Assembly: GCA_035544875.1 (NCBI GenBank)
Contig: DASZZP010000038.1
Location: 64,147 to 128,146, forward strand
Origin: Thermoanaerobaculia bacterium
GTDB lineage: Bacteria > Acidobacteriota > Thermoanaerobaculia > Multivoradales > UBA5704
DNA: 64,000 nucleotides
Reading direction: 5' to 3'
This document shows positions 54,142-62,802 of the stretch, piece by piece (within the stretch, counting starts at the first letter, position 1; the number at the start of each line of letters is the position of its first letter). The position numbers were made by a program, and so were the translations under genes. The notes beneath the pieces are model-generated. The model was not told the DNA's origin. It was given only the letters and a program-made list of their open reading frames with translations, and did not search any database.

Positions 54142-56850
54142 ATGGCGACCGGCTACTTCCAGGAGCGACGGCCCGCGGCGAAGGGGCGGCGGCGCTTCTC
54201 GCTCGGCGCCGAGCACCGCGACCCGCGCAGCCTGCGCGGCGAGATCGAGAACGAATTCGACGCCCACCTCGAGAGCGCCGCGCGCGAGCTCCTCGAGGCC
54301 GGCCTCGAGCCGCCGGCGGCCTGGGAGGAGGCGCGGCGCCGCTTTGGCGACCGCGAGAGCTACCGTGCGGCTTGCCACCAAATCGATCTACGGCACCGCA
54401 AGGCGCGGCGCCGGGGAGAGATCATGAACGACCTGCTGCAGGACTTGCGCTTCGCCGGCCGGACCTTCCGCCGCGGACCGGGATTCGTGGCCGCCTCGAT
54501 CCTCACCCTCGCCCTCGGGATCGGCGCCAACGTCGCGGTCTTCTCGGTGGTCTATGGGGTGATGCTCAAGCCCCTCCCCTTCCCCGACCCCGAGCGCCTG
54601 GTCATGCTGTTCGAGACCAACCCGGAGTTCGGCTGGACGGCGGCGGAAGTCGCCCCCGCCAACTACCTCGACTGGCGCGAGCCCAACCGCGCCTTCGCCG
54701 ACATCACCGCCTACAACGATTGGATCGCTCCCGTCACGCTTACCGGGGACCACGAGCCCGAGGTGTTGAGCGCGGCGGCGGTGACCGGCAACTTCTTTGC
54801 GGTGCTGGGCGTGCCGCCTCCCTTGGGGCGCGGGCTGCGCCCCGAAGAGACCTGGCGCGGCCACCGGGTGGCAGTCCTTTCGCATCGGCTCTGGCAGCGC
54901 CGCTTCGGATCGGACCCCGCGGTGCTCGGCAGGACGATCACGCTCAACAGTGCCGCCACCACGGTCATCGGCGTGATGCCCGCCGGCTTCAGCTTCCCCT
55001 TCCGCGACCTCGACCTCTGGGTGCCGGTCGGATGGCGGCCGGAGAATCGCGCCACGGTCCATTTCCGCCAGGCCCACAACCTGCGTGCCGTGGGGCGCCT
55101 GCGGCAGGGCGTCACCCTGGAGGAAGCCCGCGGCTACCTCGCGACGATCGCGGCCCGACTGGCCCGAGCGTACCCGGCGACCAACCGCGTCATGGGCGCG
55201 GGACTCGCGCCGCTTCAACAGTGGGTCGCCGGTCCGCGGCGGCTGCCGCTTCTCGTCCTCCTCGGGGCGGTAGCCCTCGTGCTGCTCGTCGCCTGCGCCA
55301 ACGTCGCCAACCTGCAGCTCGCCCGCGCCACGGTTCGCACCCCGGAGATCGCCCTGCGCAGCGCCCTGGGCGCCGGCAGATGGCGGCTCCTGCGGCAGCT
55401 CTTCACCGAGAGCTTGCTCCTCTCCCTGCTCGGCGGGGTGGCCGGGCTGGGGCTCGGGCTCTACGGCACGCGCGGGCTGCTGGCGATCGGCCCGGCCGAC
55501 CTGCCACGGGCCGAAGAGATCCACCTCCACGGCGTGGTGCTCGCCTTCGCCTGCGGCGCCACGCTCCTTGCAACCCTGCTCTTCGGCCTGGCGCCCGCTC
55601 TCCAGGCGGCGCGCGCCGAGGCCGGCCTGGCGCTCCAGCGCGCGGGGTGCGGCACCGCGAGCCGGCGCATCCGCCGGACGCGCGACGGCTTGATCGCCGG
55701 CGAGGTCGCGCTGGCGGCGGTGCTCGTGATCGCCGCCACGCTGCTGCTCGACAGTCTCGGCCGTCTGCGCCAGGTGGACCTCGGCCTGCGCTCCGACCAT
55801 GTCCTGTCCGCGAGCCTCTCGCTTCCCGGCGTCAGCTATCCCAGAGTCGCCCAGGTCGTCGCCTTCTACCAGGAGCTCTGCCGGCGGGCGCGCACGCTGC
55901 CGGGAGTCCGCACCGCCGGGCTCGCCGATGGCCTGCCGCCGACCGGCGCCGGCTGGACAGGCGTTTTTGCGATCGCGGGGCGCCCCGGCGGAAGCGACTT
56001 CCATCACCGGCTGGTCAGCCCGGATTATTTCGGCGTCTTCCGGGTCCCGCTGCGGCGCGGCCGCACCTTCACCGAGGAGGACGGCAAGGAGGCGCCGGGA
56101 CAGGTCCTGGTCAACGATCGCTTCGCGCGCGAGTTCTTTAGCGGCGAGGACCCGATCGGGAAACGCCTCACCATGGACACCGTCGACAACCGCCCCGCCC
56201 CCAACGCCCGCTGGCGCACCGTGATCGGGGTGGTCGGCGACGAGAAGCTGCTGGGGCCCGCGGCGCCGGCGCCGGCGCAGATCTACGAACCGCTGCCGCA
56301 GAACGCCGACCAGGGGATGCAGCTCGTGGTGCGCACCGCGGGCGACCCGCTGGCGATCGTCGGGCCGCTGCGCGCCCTGGTCCGCGAGATGGACCGCAAC
56401 CTGCCGCTGCTCGCCGTCGCCAGCATGGACGAGATCGTTTCCCGCTCGGTCGCGAGCGAGCGCTTCCTCACGCTCCTCATGGCGCTCTTCGCGGCGATCG
56501 CCCTGACCCTGGCGGCGGTCGGCGTCGCCTCGGTCATGGCCTACAACGTCGCGCAACGCACGCGCGAGATCGGCGTCCGCCTGGCGCTCGGCGCCGCAGG
56601 GGGCCAGGTCGTCGGCCAGGTGGTGCGCCAGGCAATGCGCCCGGCCGCGCTCGGCATCGCCGCCGGCCTGGCCGGCGCCCTCGCCGCCTCGCGGCTCCTG
56701 CAGGGCCTCCTGTTCGCGGTCCGCGCCACCGATCCCACCGTCTTCGCCGCCGTCGCCCTCGCCCTCACCCTCGTCGCCCTGGCCGCCAGCTACCTCCCCG
56801 CCCGCCGCGCCCTGCGCATCGACCCCATGCTCGCCCTGCGCCACGACTAA
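54142..56850 (+). CDS. ADOP-family permease (acidobacterial duplicated orphan permease: prefix domain, MacB-like periplasmic domain and two FtsX modules)
   Basis: The N-terminal permease-prefix domain is ...LEPPAAWEEARRRFGDRESYRAACHQ... It is followed by two FtsX 4-TM modules. It sits immediately downstream of padR. Confidence 0.85.
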   Translation: MATGYFQERRPAAKGRRRFSLGAEHRDPRSLRGEIENEFDAHLESAARELLEAGLEPPAAWEEARRRFGDRESYRAACHQIDLRHRKARRRGEIMNDLLQDLRFAGRTFRRGPGFVAASILTLALGIGANVAVFSVVYGVMLKPLPFPDPERLVMLFETNPEFGWTAAEVAPANYLDWREPNRAFADITAYNDWIAPVTLTGDHEPEVLSAAAVTGNFFAVLGVPPPLGRGLRPEETWRGHRVAVLSHRLWQRRFGSDPAVLGRTITLNSAATTVIGVMPAGFSFPFRDLDLWVPVGWRPENRATVHFRQAHNLRAVGRLRQGVTLEEARGYLATIAARLARAYPATNRVMGAGLAPLQQWVAGPRRLPLLVLLGAVALVLLVACANVANLQLARATVRTPEIALRSALGAGRWRLLRQLFTESLLLSLLGGVAGLGLGLYGTRGLLAIGPADLPRAEEIHLHGVVLAFACGATLLATLLFGLAPALQAARAEAGLALQRAGCGTASRRIRRTRDGLIAGEVALAAVLVIAATLLLDSLGRLRQVDLGLRSDHVLSASLSLPGVSYPRVAQVVAFYQELCRRARTLPGVRTAGLADGLPPTGAGWTGVFAIAGRPGGSDFHHRLVSPDYFGVFRVPLRRGRTFTEEDGKEAPGQVLVNDRFAREFFSGEDPIGKRLTMDTVDNRPAPNARWRTVIGVVGDEKLLGPAAPAPAQIYEPLPQNADQGMQLVVRTAGDPLAIVGPLRALVREMDRNLPLLAVASMDEIVSRSVASERFLTLLMALFAAIALTLAAVGVASVMAYNVAQRTREIGVRLALGAAGGQVVGQVVRQAMRPAALGIAAGLAGALAASRLLQGLLFAVRATDPTVFAAVALALTLVALAASYLPARRALRIDPMLALRHD

Positions 56851-56946
56851 TTAGGTTAGCGGGTTGACCAAGGCTCAGCCATAGGAATCGGCCTCGTCGG
56901 GGCGCAGATCAGGCTCGTTTGCGTGGCACTGGCGCAAACGTGCTCT

Positions 56947-59900
56947 CTACTGGTGAGAGTATTCGGGCGACGTAGCCGCCTCGCCTCTCCTGTCGAGCTC
57001 AGCCAGCAAGGCGAATAGCTTCCCCAGATTGGTTGGCTTGAGCAGATGCACATCGAAACCGGCTTCCCGCAAGCGAGCCCTATCGGCCTGATACCCGGTC
57101 AGGGCGACGAGAAGCACCCGCTTGCCAAGCACCTCGCGAAGGTTATGGGCAAGCTCGTAGCCGTCCATCTTGGGCAGCCCCAAGTCCAGGAGCACTACCT
57201 CGGGCTTGAGCTCTCCCACGACAGTCAGCGCGGCGACCCCGTCGGGCACCGCTCGGGCTTCGTGCCCCTGAATGGTCAAGATCTTCACCAGCGCCTCGGC
57301 AGCGTCCATCTCGTCGTCGACGACCAGGATCCTGCGAGCAGTGACCGGGAACAGAGCGGCTTGCTCCTCCTCGGGTGTGGCGAGACGTCCACGGCGCAGC
57401 CGTGGCAGCGTCACCACGACCTCGGTGCCCTTGCCCGGCCCGGCGCTGAATGCGTCGACGTGCCCCCCGTGCATCTGCACCAGGCTACGGACGAGCGCCA
57501 ATCCGAGCCCCAGACCCCCTCTTGCGCGGTGGAGACTTGCCGGAGCCTGCGTGAACAGGTCGAAGACGTGCTCGAGCACTCCCGGCTCCATGCCGATGCC
57601 TGTGTCTCGAACCGAGAGTTTGACCGTGTCATCCGTCGCGTCCACGGAGAGCCAGATCCGGCCCCCGTTGTCGGTGTACTTCGCCGCGTTTCCCAGCAGG
57701 TTCTCCATCACCTGCGCTAGTCGCACCGCATCCCCCAGCACTAGGACGGTCCCTCCCGGCGGCAAGGAAACCGTGAGCTCATGCTGGGCGGCCTCGAGCA
57801 TCGGCTTCACGCTTTCGATCGCCGCCTTGGCTGCCTCCGCGACATCGGCCGCATCCCGCGTCAGCTCGAACTTCCCCGAGATGACCCTCGCCACATCCAG
57901 GAGCTGGTCGAGCATCGCTGTCATGCGCCGGGTCTGCCTCTCCATCATGGCTCGGATCTGCTCGACCGAGCCGCCGCCGGTCAGGCGCATGAGATCGAGT
58001 CCCGTGGTGAGCGCCGCCAACGGATTGCGCAGCTCATGGCCGAGCATCGCGAGGAACTCGTCCTTGCGTCGATCGTCCTGCGCCAGCTCGTCGGCTCGGC
58101 TCTGGGCTACTATCTCGGCCTTGCGCAGGTCGGTCACGTCCTCGATCGATACCAGGATGAGGTCGGGGCGGCCGTTGCGCGCCATCACATCGGCATTGAG
58201 TCTCATGCTGCGCCAGCCGATCCTCTCGAACAAGTGATCCACGTCGTAGTCACGGATCTCCCGCTCTCTGCGGAGGGCCTCTTCCAATAGAGCCCGCACC
58301 CTGGGAATGTCCCATTGCCCGTTGCCGAGCTCGTAGATCCGTCGGCCCTCCGTTTGCTCCTCGTCGATCTGGAACGTCGCATAGAACGCCGCGTTCGCCG
58401 AGACGACGCGGTGGTCCATGTCGAGGACGAGAAGGGGCGTGCGTGAGGTCCGGATGATTGCCTCCGCATAGAGCCGGGCGTGCTCACTCGCGGCAGCCGC
58501 CTGCTTTTGCACGGTGATCTCGTGAAAGGTTAGGCAGACTCCGTCGATCTCTTCCTCTTCGGTGCGGTAGGGAAGGATTCTCCTCAAGAACCATCGACCG
58601 TCCTCGGTCGACACCTCCACTTCGATGGGCGCGTGCTCCGCCAGCACGCGCACGGCATCGGAAAGCATGTTGTCGTCGCGGACCTGCATCTTGATATCAG
58701 GAAGCGAGCGGCCGATGTCGGCCGGGACGATGCGCATGACCGTGGCGCACGCAGGCGTAAAGCGCCGGATCCGGAGCTCGCGGTCGAGGAAGATGGTGGG
58801 AACGTTGGCGCTCATCAGCAGATTGTTGAGGTCCGAGGTGAGGGAGCGCAGCTCCTCGTTTCTTTCCTCCAGCTGACGGTTGATGGTCGTCAGCTCTTCG
58901 TTCAGGGATTGCAACTCTTCCTTCGACGACTCGAGCTCCTCGTTGCTCGACTGAAACTCCTCGTTTAGGGAGAGGAGCTCTTCGTGGCTTGCGCTGTGCT
59001 CCTCGGTGGCGGTCCTGAGCTGATCGACCGCGGCCCGTAGCTCATCCCTTGTATCCTGGAGCTCCTGCTGGATCTGGCCTGTGAACGACCCAGCCTCCCC
59101 ACCAGCCTCATCCGCGGCGAAGGAGGGCCCAGCCGACATCGGGAGGTCTCGGAAGGCAACGAGGAATAGCCCGCCGGCACGCGAGACGGACGTGATCGGC
59201 TCGATGACGATCTCGATCCGAGGGGCGGTGTCCCGCTCCAGCCGCATGCCAGTGACCGTAACCAGCCGTTTGTGCTCGATGGCCTCGGCGAGGCCGGACC
59301 GCAGCCTTGCGTACAGCTCGGGCCGCACCCAGGAGAGCAAGTCCAACTTGGCCTCGCCCTGGGGCCGCGTCAGGTACTTGTCCGTCGGCCCGAAGAAGTA
59401 GAGGATCTCGAGTCCCTGGCCAATCACCACGCAGGGCGAGGTGTACCGTTGAAGCACCAGCTTCTCGATCAGGCGGGGGGCCTTCTGTGTCTCCGTCGGT
59501 GCCCGTCGCTCCCGTAGAGCGCGCACCGGAGCCAGCTCGGCTGCCCGGTGCGCCATGCGGTAGCGGTGAGCCCGCGCGAGCCCTATGGAGCGATAGATCC
59601 GGTGCTTGCCCGCAACCTCCTCGAAGAGATCGGTCCGCCGGCCGATCGTCTCGGAGGCGCCGAGCCATAATGTACCTTGGGGCCGAAGCGAGAAGTGAAA
59701 GAGCTCGAGCAAGCGCTCTTGCGCGGACGGCTCGAGGTAGATGAGCACATTGCGGCAGCTCACCAGCTCGAGGTGGGGAAACGGTGGATCGGAGAGCAGG
59801 TCATGGGCCGCGAACGTGACCGCGTCGCGCAGGGGGCGCTCGACCTCGAAGCCCTCGCCGGAGCGCCGAAAGAACCGTCGCAAGCGATCAGAGGAAACGT

Positions 59901-61026
59901 GCTCTGCAATGCTGGCCGGGTATAGCCCCCGCCGCGCGATCGCCAGCGCTTCACCGCTCGCGTCGGAGGCAAACACCTTCAGCTTGAAGCGGCTTCCCGC
60001 GGTCTCGAGACGCTCAATGCAGACCATGGCGAGGCTGTAGGCCTCTTCGCCGGTGGCGCAGCCCGCCGACCAGACCCGCACCGCGGTGGCGTCGTCCCTT
60101 TTCTCGGCCAGCGCCGGCACGATCTCTCGTGCGAGGAGCTCCCATTCCTCGGCATCCCGGAAGAAGCTCGTGACGCCTATGAGGATGTCGCGATAGAGCT
60201 CATCGACCTCCCCCGGATGCGACCTCAGGTACTCGAGATAGCCCTGCCACCCGGAGAGGCTCTTGAGCTCGATGCGACGCTCGGTTCGGCGCTGGAGGGT
60301 ACCCGTCTTGTAGTCGCGAAAGTCGACGCGGTACCGTTTGCCGAGCTCCGCCAAGATGGCCTGCAGCCCCTCGCCCGACTCGCCGGTCGCCTGCTGTTCG
60401 GGCTCTCTGGCGGTGGGGCGGACCCGGGGTGCGGCGGCGTACCCGAGGAGAATCTCCCCCATCTCCTCTGGCGGCACGACCGTGTCGGCGGCACCCGTAT
60501 CGATGGCGCTCCGAGGCATCCCGTCGTACTCCGCCGTCTCGGGATCCTGAACGAGACACAACCCGCCCGCCGAGCGGATGTCCTTCAAGCCGGCGGACCC
60601 GTCGTTGCCGGTTCCGGAGAGCACGATGCCGACCGCGCCCTCCTTCTGATCCGCCGCCAGCGCGGAGAAGAACTTGTCGATGGGCCTGGCGCGGTAGTGA
60701 GGCTCTTCAGGCGCACCGGCTTCCAACGCTCCGTCGCGGATGCTGAGCGATGTCGCCGGCGCGATGACGTAGACATGGTTGGGCTCGACGCGCTGGTTGC
60801 CGGTGACCTGCGAGACTTCCATGCGGGTCTTCCGCTGCAAGATCCCGGCGATATGGCTCTCCTCGGCTGGAGCAAGGTGGACGACGATGATGAACGCCAT
60901 GCCCTGGTCGGCGGGGGCGCCCTGGAGGAACCGCTGGCACGCACCGAGCCCTCCGGCAGACGCGCCGACACCGACTACCAGGACCGGTGATGGGTTGCCG
61001 GCGGACGCCGAAGGTCTAGCCCCCAT
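56947..61026 (-). CDS. CheB-methylesterase / CheR-methyltransferase / PAS / histidine-kinase / receiver hybrid signalling protein (1359 aa)
   Basis: It has a CheB catalytic domain (GASAGG...HLAP..ESHIAGIL) and a CheR SAM-methyltransferase (VWSAGCATGEEAYSLAM). After a coiled coil and PAS domains come the HisKA (LGHELRNPL) and HATPase (GGLGLGLALV) domains, then a receiver (ILVVDDE...DLGLPKMDG). Confidence 0.85.
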   Translation of the reverse strand: MGARPSASAGNPSPVLVVGVGASAGGLGACQRFLQGAPADQGMAFIIVVHLAPAEESHIAGILQRKTRMEVSQVTGNQRVEPNHVYVIAPATSLSIRDGALEAGAPEEPHYRARPIDKFFSALAADQKEGAVGIVLSGTGNDGSAGLKDIRSAGGLCLVQDPETAEYDGMPRSAIDTGAADTVVPPEEMGEILLGYAAAPRVRPTAREPEQQATGESGEGLQAILAELGKRYRVDFRDYKTGTLQRRTERRIELKSLSGWQGYLEYLRSHPGEVDELYRDILIGVTSFFRDAEEWELLAREIVPALAEKRDDATAVRVWSAGCATGEEAYSLAMVCIERLETAGSRFKLKVFASDASGEALAIARRGLYPASIAEHVSSDRLRRFFRRSGEGFEVERPLRDAVTFAAHDLLSDPPFPHLELVSCRNVLIYLEPSAQERLLELFHFSLRPQGTLWLGASETIGRRTDLFEEVAGKHRIYRSIGLARAHRYRMAHRAAELAPVRALRERRAPTETQKAPRLIEKLVLQRYTSPCVVIGQGLEILYFFGPTDKYLTRPQGEAKLDLLSWVRPELYARLRSGLAEAIEHKRLVTVTGMRLERDTAPRIEIVIEPITSVSRAGGLFLVAFRDLPMSAGPSFAADEAGGEAGSFTGQIQQELQDTRDELRAAVDQLRTATEEHSASHEELLSLNEEFQSSNEELESSKEELQSLNEELTTINRQLEERNEELRSLTSDLNNLLMSANVPTIFLDRELRIRRFTPACATVMRIVPADIGRSLPDIKMQVRDDNMLSDAVRVLAEHAPIEVEVSTEDGRWFLRRILPYRTEEEEIDGVCLTFHEITVQKQAAAASEHARLYAEAIIRTSRTPLLVLDMDHRVVSANAAFYATFQIDEEQTEGRRIYELGNGQWDIPRVRALLEEALRREREIRDYDVDHLFERIGWRSMRLNADVMARNGRPDLILVSIEDVTDLRKAEIVAQSRADELAQDDRRKDEFLAMLGHELRNPLAALTTGLDLMRLTGGGSVEQIRAMMERQTRRMTAMLDQLLDVARVISGKFELTRDAADVAEAAKAAIESVKPMLEAAQHELTVSLPPGGTVLVLGDAVRLAQVMENLLGNAAKYTDNGGRIWLSVDATDDTVKLSVRDTGIGMEPGVLEHVFDLFTQAPASLHRARGGLGLGLALVRSLVQMHGGHVDAFSAGPGKGTEVVVTLPRLRRGRLATPEEEQAALFPVTARRILVVDDEMDAAEALVKILTIQGHEARAVPDGVAALTVVGELKPEVVLLDLGLPKMDGYELAHNLREVLGKRVLLVALTGYQADRARLREAGFDVHLLKPTNLGKLFALLAELDRRGEAATSPEYSHQ

Positions 61027-61199
61027 TTCTCACACCGGCTCGTCGCGAGGCGCCGCAAACGGGCCTAGATCCAAGGCGCGCGCGGGTCGGACGACCGAGG
61101 CGTGCTCGAAGCACGTCGAGGGAGTCCGACCGAGCGCAACGCAGGAGATAGGCCCGTTTCCGGAGCCGCAGCAGAGGTGGTGTGAGAAATGGGGGCTAG
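61016..61199. promoter_or_regulatory. Perfect 21-bp inverted repeats (ctagcccccatttctcacacc ... ggtgtgagaaatgggggctag) flanking a ~142-bp segment; the left copy contains the start codon and RBS of the CheB/CheR hybrid gene
   Basis: Seen directly. The IRs are at 61016-61036 and 61179-61199. The start codon (61026-61024, minus strand) is inside the left IR. There is a nested IR aaacgggccta/taggcccgttt. The right copy starts a 17-codon ORF on the plus strand. Confidence 0.55.
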
Positions 61200-61568
61200 G
61201 GCCTTCTGGATTGCGGGTCATGCCGTTCGGTTCCTCGGGTAGGCGGCCTTTGACGTACGTGCTGGCGAGCTTGCTTTACCAAGTCCCCCATCGCGACGTG
61301 AGGTAAATGGATGGACTGGCAATCCGAGGATAAGGAAGGATTGCCCTGCCTGATGATTCTACACCGGTGAGCCGCCCGAATTGCTCGGCGGGCGCGCACC
61401 GAGAAGAAGCTGCGTAAAGACTCCGAGGAACATCCGGATCCTATGAGGCGCGGGAGCGCGCCAAGGCCTCGCGAACCCGCTGGGGACCGCTGCTCGAGGC
61501 TCTGAAGGGCGGGAGAGCGCGAGCCGCGCCCCCGAGCCCATGGTAGAGTCGCCGATGAGCGAATCCCG

Positions 61569-62768
61569 TTGCGCATCCGAATGAAAGAGGCACGCGGCGC
61601 TGAGGAGAGACGGGAGGCCCCGCCGCGCTGGGCGGCGGAGGAGGAGCCGCAGCTGCGCTGGGCCACGATCCTCAAGATCGTCACCGCTCTGGCGCTGGTC
61701 TGGGCGGTCTGCGAGCTGTGGCAATTCCTCATCCTCTGTGCGTTCGCACTGCTGCTGGCCACCACCGCTGAGCCTCTGGTCACCTGGGCGGAGCGGCGCG
61801 GCCTCGCACGCGGCGTGGCGGTACTGCTCCTCGGGCTGATCGGCGTGGCGCTAATCGCCGCGGCCATGTTCTTCGTGGCGCCTCCCTTCGTCGAACAGAT
61901 CCAGGCTCTGTTGCACAACCTCGGCGGCCTGAGCCGGCACGTCGTCGAGCAGGTGCGGCCGACTTCGCCCTTCTTCGCTGGAGTGCTCGCCCAGGTATTC
62001 GAGCTGCCGCACTCGCCACAAGTCGCGACCTGGCTGCGGAAGCCACTTCTGTGGGGTCAGGTCGCCGTCGGCGCGGTGGTAGCCTCTGCCTTCGCCTTCA
62101 TGCTGATGCTCTACCTGATCTACCACGGCAGGCAGACGTACGCGTGGCTGCTCGCGTACATGCCCCGCCGCCACCGCCAGAAGATGGCGGAGACGATTCC
62201 CGAGGTCTCCGACGTGGTGCTCGCCTACATGCGCGCGCAGATCGTGACGACTCTCATCTTCACCGCTTTCGCCTTCGCCGTGCTCACCATCTTCCACGTG
62301 CCGGCGTCTTTGCCGCTCGCCGTGCTCGCCGGGATCTGCGACGTCATTCCGCTAATCGGCATCGTCATCGCCACCACGCCGGCGGTGCTGCTCGCGCTCA
62401 CCGTGTCACGGCTCGCCGCTACCGCGGTGCTTGCCCTCTACCTCCTCTACGCCGCGTTCGAGGGCTACGTCCTGGTGCCGCGCCTCTACGGCCGGCACCT
62501 CCGGCTATCCCCGCTGGTCGTGCTGATCGCCCTCGCGGTGGGGGGGCGGCTGCAAGGAATCGCCGGCGCGCTGCTCATCCTCCCCCTCGTTGCCGCGTAC
62601 CCGATCATCGAGCGCATCTGGCTGTCTGGCTACCTTGGCGACCATGTGCTCGACGACCATTCGGCGCTCGAGCAGGCCGCCCCGGGAGAGCAGCCGGCGG
62701 TCGTCGACGCCGTGATCCAGGGTGTTCCCCACGAGGAGTCGCCGACGACGCCGTCGGAAAGCCGGTGA
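61569..62768 (+). CDS. AI-2E family transporter (PerM/UPF0118)
   Basis: It has 8 TM helices and the conserved ...GICDVIPLIGIVIATTPAVLLAL... and ...ILPLVAAYP... motifs. Confidence 0.75.
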   Translation: MRIRMKEARGAEERREAPPRWAAEEEPQLRWATILKIVTALALVWAVCELWQFLILCAFALLLATTAEPLVTWAERRGLARGVAVLLLGLIGVALIAAAMFFVAPPFVEQIQALLHNLGGLSRHVVEQVRPTSPFFAGVLAQVFELPHSPQVATWLRKPLLWGQVAVGAVVASAFAFMLMLYLIYHGRQTYAWLLAYMPRRHRQKMAETIPEVSDVVLAYMRAQIVTTLIFTAFAFAVLTIFHVPASLPLAVLAGICDVIPLIGIVIATTPAVLLALTVSRLAATAVLALYLLYAAFEGYVLVPRLYGRHLRLSPLVVLIALAVGGRLQGIAGALLILPLVAAYPIIERIWLSGYLGDHVLDDHSALEQAAPGEQPAVVDAVIQGVPHEESPTTPSESR

Positions 62769-62802
62769 GGGCCCGCGCAAGCGGCAAGGGCCGCGGGGTC
62801 GG

